Under the pieces are notes generated by a model. The model did not search any database. It saw nothing but the letters and a program-made list of their open reading frames with translations, and was not told the DNA's origin. Positions 9,145 through 16,390 of a DNA stretch of 64,000 nt are shown one piece after another. Position 1 is the stretch's first letter, and every line of letters starts with the position of its first letter. The position numbers were made by a program, and so were the translations under genes. The stretch comes from Candidatus Latescibacterota bacterium (lineage in GTDB: Bacteria; Latescibacterota; UBA2968; UBA8231): contig OZ220089.1 in the NCBI GenBank assembly GCA_964291625.2, positions 768,001 through 832,000 of the forward strand. The letters run 5' to 3'.

Positions 9145-12108
9145 ATGAGCAAGCTCCCGTTCCTGCTGCTGATCCTCACCTGCGGGGCCGTCTGGGCCCA
9201 GCCGAAGGGCCACATCGAAGGCACGGTCACCGCCGAGGACGGGGTAATCCTGCCCGGCGCCGGCATCGCCGTGCGGGGACCCGGCCTGCCCGATGGGGCC
9301 GGAAGCGTCTCGGGCGAGGAGGGGCGGTTCCGCATCGCCCTTCCGGCGGGTGCCTACGAGGTGGAGATCACCTTCGTCGGCTACAGGAGCGAGAAGCGGG
9401 AAGCGGTGCGGGTGCGGGCCGGCGAGACGACGCGGATGAACGCGGTCCTGGCGGCGGAGGTTCTCTACCTGGGGCAGGAGGTGGTCACCGCCTCGCGCCG
9501 GCAGGAGAAGATCCTGGACGCGCCGGCCTCGGTCTCCGTGGTCGACGGCGGCGATGTCCGCAACAAGCCGGCCCTGACCGTGGCCGACCACGTCAAGGAC
9601 CTGCCGGCGGTTGACTTCGCCCAGACGGGACTGGCGAACAACATGGTGGTGGTGCGCGGCTTCAACAACATCTTCTCCGGTTCCCTGCTCACCCTGACGG
9701 ACAACCGCATCGCGCGGGTGCCCTCGCTGCGGGTGAACGCCATGAACTTCATCCCCCTGGTCAACGAGGACGTGGAGCGGATCGAGGTCGTCCTGGGGCC
9801 GGGGTCGGCCCTGTACGGACCCAACAGCGCCGACGGGGTCATGCACGTCATCACCCGCTCCCCCCTGACCTCGCAGGGCACCAACGTCTACCTGGGGCTG
9901 GGCGAGCGCGATCTGCGCAAGACCGAGATGCGCCACGCCGGCATGGTGGGGGACGGCCTGGGCTACAAGATCTCGGCCCGGTACTACACGGGCACCGAGT
10001 GGGAGTACACCGATGCGGAGGAGGAGAAGGCGCGGCAGCAGAGGCTGGCGGAGATCGCCGCCGGCGCCGACCTGCCGCCCCTGCCGGAGCGCGACCCCCA
10101 CACCCGCAACCAGAGCCTCGAGGCGCGTCTGGACTGGCGGGCCTCCGACGACCTGACGGCGATCCTGTCGGCGGGGCACAACAAGGCGAGCATCCTCGGC
10201 CTCACCGGCGTGGGCGCGTCGCAGACGATCGACTGGCAGTACAACTACACCCAGCTGCGCCTGCTTCACGGCGACTGGTTCTTCCAGGCCTTCCGCAACT
10301 GGAGCGATGCGGGCGACAGCTTCCTGCTGCGCACGGGGGTGCCCGTCGTCGACCGGTCCTCCCTGACCGTGCTCCAGGGGCAGCACACCTCCACCCTGGG
10401 CGCGCGCCAGCGCTTCACCTACGGCGTCGACGCCCTGCTGACGCGGCCCGACACGGAGGGCACCATCATGGGCCGCAACGAGGACGACGACGACCTCGAC
10501 GTCCTCGGCGGCTACCTGCAGAGCGAGACCGCCCTCGCCGGTCCCCTGGAGCTGGTGCTGGCCCTGCGTTACGACTACCACAGCCGGCTGGCCGACCCCG
10601 AGCTGTCGCCCCGGGCCGCCCTGGTCTACAAGCCGAGGGAAGCCCAGACCCTGCGGCTGACCTACAACCGCGCCTTCAGCACGCCCACGGCGAACAACCT
10701 CTACCTCGACCTGCAGACCTCCCGCGATCCCTTCGGTCTGGCGCCGGCCTTCTCGCCCCTCTTCGCGTCCCTCGGCCTGGGGGAGTTCCGGCCCATCGAC
10801 GTCTGGACCCAGGGCAACTACCGGGGCGGCGAGTACGGCTTCACCTTCCGCCGGGGCGAGAACGGCCGGCCCCTGTTCCGCTCGCCCTTCGCGCCGATGG
10901 CCGGTCGGACGGCCGACCAGTACCTGCCCCTGGACGATCCGCTGTTCACCAACGTCATGTGGGGGATCGGCCGGCAGTCGGTGCTCGCCCGGCTCGGCCC
11001 GGTCTTCCAGCAACTGGCCGCCGGCGCCATGATGGCCCAGGGCCTGGGAGCCGAGGAGGCCCAGGCGGCGGCCGGTCAGCTGGCGGCGGACCTGCCCGGC
11101 ATCGTGCCCGAGCAGCTGCCCGGCCTGCGCAACCGGCTGGGACGTCTGAACATCGAGACCGAGCCTCTCGGCGAGGAGCCCGACCCGAACCGCCAGTCCT
11201 TCTTCTTCGTGGAGGCCGACGGCGTCACGCCGGTCACCGCCCACGACGTGCCGCGCATCGAGTCGGCCATCACCCAGACCTTCGAGATCGGCTACAAGGG
11301 GGTGCTGGCCGACAGGGTGGTGGTCGCCGCGGACCTGTATCAGTCCCGGGTCGAGAACTACGTCGGCTCCGTGTCGGTGGAGACCCCCAACGTCTTCCTC
11401 GATCCGGCGAGCCTGGGCCAGGCCCTCGGCGAAGGCATCGGCCAGGCCCTCGCCGATCCGGAGAACGCCGAGCTGGCCGCGGTCCTGGCGGCCCTCGACG
11501 CGGCGCAGGTACCGGGGTTGGTGCAGGGCAACAACAACGGCACCTCCGTGGACGAGCTGGCCGGCCTCCTCACGGCGGGGGCGGCGGCGATCCCCTACGG
11601 CACCGTCTCCCCCGAGCAGGCCTCCGATCCCTACGCCCTGGTCATGAGCTACCGCAACTTCAAGGCCGTCACCATTCGCGGCCTCGACCTGGGCCTGGGC
11701 TGGTACCCCACCGACCGGTTGCGGCTCACGGGGAGCTACTCATACGTCGACGACAACTGGTTCGAGAACGTGAGCTACTCCCATGGCGATGGGGGCGCCG
11801 ACATCGCCCTCAACGCCCCCCGGCACAAGAGCAAGCTGGGCCTGGACTACGACTTCGCCGACCTGGGGCTGACGGTGGGAGGCCGAGTTCGCTACACCGA
11901 TTCCTTTCCCATGAGCTCGGGCGTGTACGCGGGCGTGGTGGACACCTACACGGTGCTGGACCTCAACCTGAGCTACGAGCTGCCGTTACAGCAGGACCTG
12001 GTGCTGCAGGTCGATGCGAGCAACGTGCTGGACCGGCCTTATCAGTCCTTCGTCGGCGCCCCGGAGGTGGGGCGGCTGGTCTTCGGCCAGGTGGGGCTGC
12101 GGTTCTGA
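9145..12108 (+). CDS. TonB-dependent receptor
   Basis: Signal peptide MSKLPFLLL, VVTASR..., IERIEVVLGPGSALYG-like plug motif, C-terminal VGLRF. Long insertion in the barrel. Confidence 0.93.
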   Translation: MSKLPFLLLILTCGAVWAQPKGHIEGTVTAEDGVILPGAGIAVRGPGLPDGAGSVSGEEGRFRIALPAGAYEVEITFVGYRSEKREAVRVRAGETTRMNAVLAAEVLYLGQEVVTASRRQEKILDAPASVSVVDGGDVRNKPALTVADHVKDLPAVDFAQTGLANNMVVVRGFNNIFSGSLLTLTDNRIARVPSLRVNAMNFIPLVNEDVERIEVVLGPGSALYGPNSADGVMHVITRSPLTSQGTNVYLGLGERDLRKTEMRHAGMVGDGLGYKISARYYTGTEWEYTDAEEEKARQQRLAEIAAGADLPPLPERDPHTRNQSLEARLDWRASDDLTAILSAGHNKASILGLTGVGASQTIDWQYNYTQLRLLHGDWFFQAFRNWSDAGDSFLLRTGVPVVDRSSLTVLQGQHTSTLGARQRFTYGVDALLTRPDTEGTIMGRNEDDDDLDVLGGYLQSETALAGPLELVLALRYDYHSRLADPELSPRAALVYKPREAQTLRLTYNRAFSTPTANNLYLDLQTSRDPFGLAPAFSPLFASLGLGEFRPIDVWTQGNYRGGEYGFTFRRGENGRPLFRSPFAPMAGRTADQYLPLDDPLFTNVMWGIGRQSVLARLGPVFQQLAAGAMMAQGLGAEEAQAAAGQLAADLPGIVPEQLPGLRNRLGRLNIETEPLGEEPDPNRQSFFFVEADGVTPVTAHDVPRIESAITQTFEIGYKGVLADRVVVAADLYQSRVENYVGSVSVETPNVFLDPASLGQALGEGIGQALADPENAELAAVLAALDAAQVPGLVQGNNNGTSVDELAGLLTAGAAAIPYGTVSPEQASDPYALVMSYRNFKAVTIRGLDLGLGWYPTDRLRLTGSYSYVDDNWFENVSYSHGDGGADIALNAPRHKSKLGLDYDFADLGLTVGGRVRYTDSFPMSSGVYAGVVDTYTVLDLNLSYELPLQQDLVLQVDASNVLDRPYQSFVGAPEVGRLVFGQVGLRF

Positions 12109-12118
12109 GGAGGGCGGG

Positions 12119-12583
12119 CTACTGGCCCTTCTCCTCTCTCCTCGTCGCCATGTGCCTGGTGACGAATTCACAGAAGCTCTTCGCCATTTCGTTGTCCACC
12201 TGCTCGAAGAATACGGTGTAGCCCTCCGCGACAAAGAACACCTTGCCCATCACAAAACCCGTGTTGTACCGAACAGAGGAGATTGCCTCATAGGGGAAGT
12301 CTTGAACGGTGAGCCCATACAACATCCCCTTGTCGACGAAGAGAAGTCGGCTGTCCGTCGCCAACAGCAGGCCATTTCCTCCGCTCTCTCGCTTCGCGTA
12401 GATCGCATGCCGGATGACCTCACCCTCACCGAGAATGTGGGGTAGTTCCTTGATTTCGGAACGGCCCCAATGGCCCTTGAATTCAGATCCGTCAAGGCCG
12501 TGAATGCCGAAGTCGGACGGCGGGCGTTTGGCAGCGCAGGAGAAAGCCACGCATGCGGCCATGGCAGTCAGGACGATCCTCAT
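12119..12583 (-). CDS. Lipoprotein with bacterial PH domain (bPH_3-like)
   Basis: Lipobox-like AFSC; GLLLATDSRLLFVDKGMLYGLTVQDFPYEAISSV. Confidence 0.75.
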   Translation of the reverse strand: MRIVLTAMAACVAFSCAAKRPPSDFGIHGLDGSEFKGHWGRSEIKELPHILGEGEVIRHAIYAKRESGGNGLLLATDSRLLFVDKGMLYGLTVQDFPYEAISSVRYNTGFVMGKVFFVAEGYTVFFEQVDNEMAKSFCEFVTRHMATRREEKGQ

Positions 12584-12678
12584 CTTGGATGCTCCTCGAG
12601 AGATGGGCGGGAGACGGTCTCTTCCCTCCGCCCGGTGGATGGGGTGGTAGAGCGCGCGCCAACGGCGCGTTTAGATGG

Positions 12679-12712
12679 AATCTGTTCAGGAGGTGCGACA
12701 GATCGTGTCGCA
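12679..12712 (-). promoter_or_regulatory. Putative WYL box/promoter copy 3
   Basis: TGCGAC-agatcgt-GTCGCA at 12694-12712. Minus strand TGTCGC-N10-CAGATT, upstream of the PH lipoprotein. Confidence 0.7.
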
Positions 12713-12762
12713 ACCGCGGAAGGGACACCGCGCGAATGGGGTTCCGCGCTTCGGGCCGGCCC

Positions 12763-13254
12763 TCACCCCGCCACCAGGACCGCCAGATCGACCACCATCC
12801 CCTCCAGGAAGGATGCCAGCGCTACCGTCAGCAGATCCCCGTTGCGGTCCTGGATCAGGAGCGCGCCCTCGGCGACGGCGAGGATCGGCGTCTCCAGCTC
12901 CTGCGCTTCGGGCACGATCGACACCGCCGAGACCAGGAGATAGTCGAGGGGCATGTACAGGGAGAGGTCGGACTCCTGATCGGTGGCTTTCAAGTAGAGA
13001 GCCCGGAAGCTCGTCGGGGTGATCCGGTCATCCTCGATGAGGATGTAGCCGTCCTCATCGTAGAGAGAGGCGGTCAGCCGCCGCTCGATGACGGTCCCTT
13101 CTTCGGGCGGACCCATCTCGCCCTGAGGGCCGGCTTCTCCCTGGGGCCCGGTCTCCCCCTGAGGACCCGCCGGCCCCATCGGTCCCTCCGGACCCTGGCA
13201 GGCGAGAAGGACGAGGACGGATAGCACGAACATCGAGTGAAGTCTGCTGCGCAT
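12763..13254 (-). CDS. Lipoprotein with short collagen-like Gly-X-Y repeat
   Basis: LLAC lipobox, then GPEGPMGPAGPQGETGPQGEAGPQGEMGPP. SD AAGGAGG precedes ATG 13254. Confidence 0.85.
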   Translation of the reverse strand: MRSRLHSMFVLSVLVLLACQGPEGPMGPAGPQGETGPQGEAGPQGEMGPPEEGTVIERRLTASLYDEDGYILIEDDRITPTSFRALYLKATDQESDLSLYMPLDYLLVSAVSIVPEAQELETPILAVAEGALLIQDRNGDLLTVALASFLEGMVVDLAVLVAG

Positions 13255-13285
13255 GGACACCTCCTTGATTGGGGTTCAGGAGGTG

Positions 13286-13319
13286 AACCTGCGCAGGAGG
13301 TGCGACAGATCGCGTCGCA
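13286..13319 (-). promoter_or_regulatory. Putative WYL box/promoter copy 2
   Basis: TGCGAC-agatcgc-GTCGCA at 13301-13319. Minus strand TGTCGC-N10-CAGGTT. Confidence 0.7.
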
Positions 13320-13415
13320 GGTCAGCTGCCTTCTTCACTCGGCCAGAACGAGAATCGGCCGGCCCAATGGAGACTTGGACCAGCCGACTCTGGGCGCAGC
13401 CTTGTCAGGCGCGGA

Positions 13416-14207
13416 TCACTCTCTCAGCTTGCTCTCGAGCGTCTCCAGCCAGCGATACCCGTACGCCGGGACCTCGGCTGACGAGGTCGCGCCGTCGGGG
13501 AACATGGGGAACCTCTCGACGCGAAGGCGGTAGTCGTAGTCGTGCAAGGGCTGGAAGCCCACGATCTCGCCGCGGAAGGGGGCGCCGTTGACGACCTTGC
13601 AGTACCCGGGATGGCCGTCGCCGCACTCGACCCTGTGCCGATCCACGGTGATCTCCTCTTCCGTGCCCGACGCTTCGCTCCGGGAGGTGATTTCGCTCAG
13701 CACGTAGCGGCCGTCGGCATACCTGCTCGCCTCGAGGATGTAGTGGTTGCCGGCCTCGTACTCGAAGTTGGTGATCATGTCGTCGTACGGGGCCCCGTCC
13801 ACCACCATGCAGAAGTCGTCGCTCCGGAAGCAGATCACCCGCGCCGGTCCCACCGACAAGGTGGCGGGCGTGGATGGCGCGGGGGTCTTCTCCAGCAACT
13901 CCAGCAGGCGGTAGGCGTACTGGCCGGCGTCCTGGGGCGGTTCGCCGCCGCCCCAGGGATCGTACTTGCCGATCCGCAGCCGATAGTCGTAGCCGGGCTC
14001 GTACTCGAAGCCCTCGATGCCGTCGTAGAAGAGCCCGCCGTCCACGACCATGCACGACTGCAGGCCCACGCCGTAGCACTTGGCCAGGGTGGGGCCGACG
14101 GTCACCTCCCGTGTCTCGAGGTACTCGCCGTCCGGGTCGGTGGAACGGTCGCAGCCGGCCACGAGCAGGGCCGGCAGGAGGAGAGGGGTGATGTATCTGG
14201 CGGGCAT
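13416..14207 (-). CDS. Lipoprotein with three tandem DUF4377-like domains
   Basis: LVAGC lipobox. Three repeats of V-x-P/R..C..C-MVV..IEGFEYEPGYDYRLRI-like motif. Confidence 0.8.
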   Translation of the reverse strand: MPARYITPLLLPALLVAGCDRSTDPDGEYLETREVTVGPTLAKCYGVGLQSCMVVDGGLFYDGIEGFEYEPGYDYRLRIGKYDPWGGGEPPQDAGQYAYRLLELLEKTPAPSTPATLSVGPARVICFRSDDFCMVVDGAPYDDMITNFEYEAGNHYILEASRYADGRYVLSEITSRSEASGTEEEITVDRHRVECGDGHPGYCKVVNGAPFRGEIVGFQPLHDYDYRLRVERFPMFPDGATSSAEVPAYGYRWLETLESKLRE

Positions 14208-14329
14208 GGTGTCCTCCTCGTCGCGGTGCTGCGGCCGCCATCCTGGATCCCGCGGGGATCGCGGCAGGCGCCGGCGGTCCGTCTTCGAATATACCCATGA
14301 GCGGGTTCAAGGGTTCCGGAATCCGATCT

Positions 14330-14684
14330 TGCCTCGGTGACCCGGCTTGGCCTCGCACTCGCCGCGCAGCAGTCCGGCGAGGGCCTCCGGGTCCTGCAGG
14401 TGGCCCAGGATCTCCGCGCGGCCCTCGGAAGCAGGTCCTTCCAGGCTCGGCCATTGCGGATCTCGCCCGGCATCTCGGTCTGGATATGGATGATCCAATA
14501 GCCGATCGCGGCGGACATGCAGTCCGGGATGGCGCGTGAAGGCCGTCCGGTGAGGGCGAGATTGATGGCCACGAGCGAGCAGGCGGGCTCCTCGGGGCCC
14601 CCTCCGCTTGAGAGCTCATGGGTCGCCAGGAAGGTAGGTTCCGAGTCGGTGATCCGCCTCCGCGCTCCAGGTTGAGGTGCTCAT
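14330..14684 (-). pseudogene. Frameshifted hypothetical gene (resembles a phage-type hypothetical family)
   Basis: SD GGAGGAGG then ATG 14684 (MSTSTWSAEADHRLGTYL). Continues in another frame as ACSLVAINLALTG..IPDCMSAAIGYWIIHIQTEMPGEIRNGRAWKDLLPRAA. The family call is from recollection only. Confidence 0.5.
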
Positions 14685-14724
14685 GCGTCCGTGTGATCCT
14701 CCTCCGAGTGCGTCGCCTGAGCAA

Positions 14725-14758
14725 AGAGTAGCGGGGACCCGCGGCAGATCACGTCGCA
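14725..14758 (-). promoter_or_regulatory. Putative WYL box/promoter copy 1, overlapping the stop of the WYL remnant
   Basis: Minus strand TGCGAC-gtgatc-TGCCGC-N10-TACTCT. Confidence 0.65.
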
Positions 14759-14970
14759 CCCTCCCCATCCAACCCCAGGGCCGCCCGCATCTCCTCCCGG
14801 ACCGCCTCGCGCAGCTCTTCCGGCTCCAGCACCTCGGCGGGGGCTCCGAAGCCCAGGACCCAGCTCTTGATCTCGAAGAACCCGCCAGCCCGCAGGCGCA
14901 GGACCACGCGCCCGTCGGCAACTCCTCCAACTGCCGGCTGGGGGCAAGCGCTCCCGCACGCGGGGCACCC
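14745..14970 (-). pseudogene. Duplicated, decayed 3' end of the WYL gene
   Basis: Near-identical to 15399-15628 (e.g. cagctcttccggctccagcacctcggcgg...ccgaagcccaggacccagctcttgatctcgaagaaccc), with indels. Confidence 0.9.
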
Positions 14971-15027
14971 GCGGGATCACGTGCGGGCCGGGCGCATGGC
15001 CGATGCGGCGGCGGGCCTCGTCGACGT

Positions 15028-15078
15028 AGGTTTGAGGACGGAGACGTGGTTGAGGTCGATTACACAGACTATCACTGA
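15028..15078 (+). pseudogene. higB: HigB (RelE-family) toxin C-terminal remnant
   Basis: RFEDGDVVEVDYTDYH* matches the HigB C-terminus, 12 bp upstream of higA. The rest of the gene is missing. Confidence 0.75.
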
Positions 15079-15090
15079 GGAGGCGAGCAA

Positions 15091-15384
15091 ATGGGTATGC
15101 ACAACCCTCCCCATCCGGGTGAGATCGTTCGGTACGAGTGCCTGGAACCGCTGGGATTGACGGTCACGCGTGCGGCGCAAGGGCTGGGTGTGACCCGTCA
15201 GGCGTTGTCGGACCTGGTGAACGGGAAAGCTGGAGTATCGGTGGAGATGTCCATTCGCCTGTCCCAGGCGTTCGGCTCCACACCGGAGACCTGGCTCGGG
15301 ATGCAGATGGCCTTTGACCTTTGGCAAGCCCAGGACCGAGCAAAGCAAATCGAGGTTGAGGACTTCAAGGCTGCCGCCAGGTAG
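15091..15384 (+). CDS. higA: HigA-family addiction module antitoxin
   Basis: MHNPPHPGEI..LEPLGLTVTRAAQGLGVTRQALSDLVNGKAGVSVEMSIRLSQAFGSTPETWLGMQ. Confidence 0.93.
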   Translation: MGMHNPPHPGEIVRYECLEPLGLTVTRAAQGLGVTRQALSDLVNGKAGVSVEMSIRLSQAFGSTPETWLGMQMAFDLWQAQDRAKQIEVEDFKAAAR

Positions 15385-15402
15385 TGGTGGGCAGCTACCA
15401 GA

Positions 15403-16380
15403 TCACGTCGCACCCTCCTCCCCCAACCCCAGGGCCGCCCGCATCTCCCCCCGGACCGCCTCGCCCAGCTCTTCCGGCTCCAGCACCTCGGCGGCGGCTC
15501 CGAAGCCCAGGACCCAGCTCTTGATCTCGAAGAACCCTCCGGCCCGCAGGCGCAGGACCACCCGCCCGTCGGACAGCTCCTCCAACTGCTGGCTGGGGTG
15601 CCAGATGCGCTCGCGCACGTAGGGCGCCTGGTCCGCGGTGAAGCGGACCGCCACGTCCATGGGCTCCTCGTAGGAGACCCCGAAGGCGTTGCGCACGCGC
15701 TCGTCGATGGGCAGATGCTCCGGAGGCTCGAACTCCTCCTCCGTCACCTCCACCCTCTCGAAGCGCTCGACGGCCTGGGTGATGAGATTGTCGTACCGGG
15801 GAACCCGGGAAATCACGTACAGGCCGCCGCGGTAGGGCAGGAAGCGCAGGGGCTCGATCTCGTACTGCGACGCCCTCGCCGCCCTCGGCGAGCGGTAGCT
15901 CACCCGGCAGACGCGGCGCCGCAGAATGGCCCGGTCGAGATTCTCCAGGGTTTCGCGGGCCTCCTCGTACGGCTTGTGGCCCCTCGCCAGAGGTACGTAG
16001 GCATCGGCGGCCCTCTCGAGGAACTGGCGCATCTCGGGCGACATGGCCCCGGTCAGGCGGCGGACCGCCGACCGCAGATGCTCTCCGAAGGGCGTGCCCT
16101 CCAGCCCAAGGCCTGCCCGCTCGGCGAAGATCATGGCCGCCACCTCGAGGACCGGAAAGTTCAGAGGCAGACCGGTTTCCTTGTCCAGCTTGTAGTAGAC
16201 GCGCTGGTCGCGGCGTTCTTCGCCGATCAGGAAACCGGCCTCGCGCAGGTCTCCCAGGTCGCGCTGAACCGTCCGTACCGTGACGCCGGGATCCTGCGCA
16301 AGCTCGTGCACCGTCTTGCCGTAGCGCGCGGCCTGCAGTTCCCGCAGCATGTCCAGCTGTCGTACGAGCTGTTTGCTCAC
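15403..16380 (-). CDS. HTH-WYL-WCX transcriptional regulator (PafC/DriD/YafY-like)
   Basis: wHTH ELAQDPGVTVRTVQRDL; WYL core VSYRS..IEPLRFLPYRGGLYV; WCX RERIWHPSQ..WVLGFGAAAEVLEPEEL. Confidence 0.93.
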   Translation of the reverse strand: MSKQLVRQLDMLRELQAARYGKTVHELAQDPGVTVRTVQRDLGDLREAGFLIGEERRDQRVYYKLDKETGLPLNFPVLEVAAMIFAERAGLGLEGTPFGEHLRSAVRRLTGAMSPEMRQFLERAADAYVPLARGHKPYEEARETLENLDRAILRRRVCRVSYRSPRAARASQYEIEPLRFLPYRGGLYVISRVPRYDNLITQAVERFERVEVTEEEFEPPEHLPIDERVRNAFGVSYEEPMDVAVRFTADQAPYVRERIWHPSQQLEELSDGRVVLRLRAGGFFEIKSWVLGFGAAAEVLEPEELGEAVRGEMRAALGLGEEGAT

Positions 16381-16390
16381 GGCGATCTCC

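Noticed and set aside
14208-14300. WYL box upstream of the DUF4377-like lipoprotein
   Set aside because: Only a lone TGCCGC with no palindrome or correctly spaced -10. A TGn-TATATT extended -10 near 14290 suggests an independent promoter.
8960-15420. Classical integron with attC cassettes
   Set aside because: No IntI gene and no RYYYAAC/GTTRRRY ends. The repeat fits a WYL operator/promoter better; a recombination role is kept only as an alternative.
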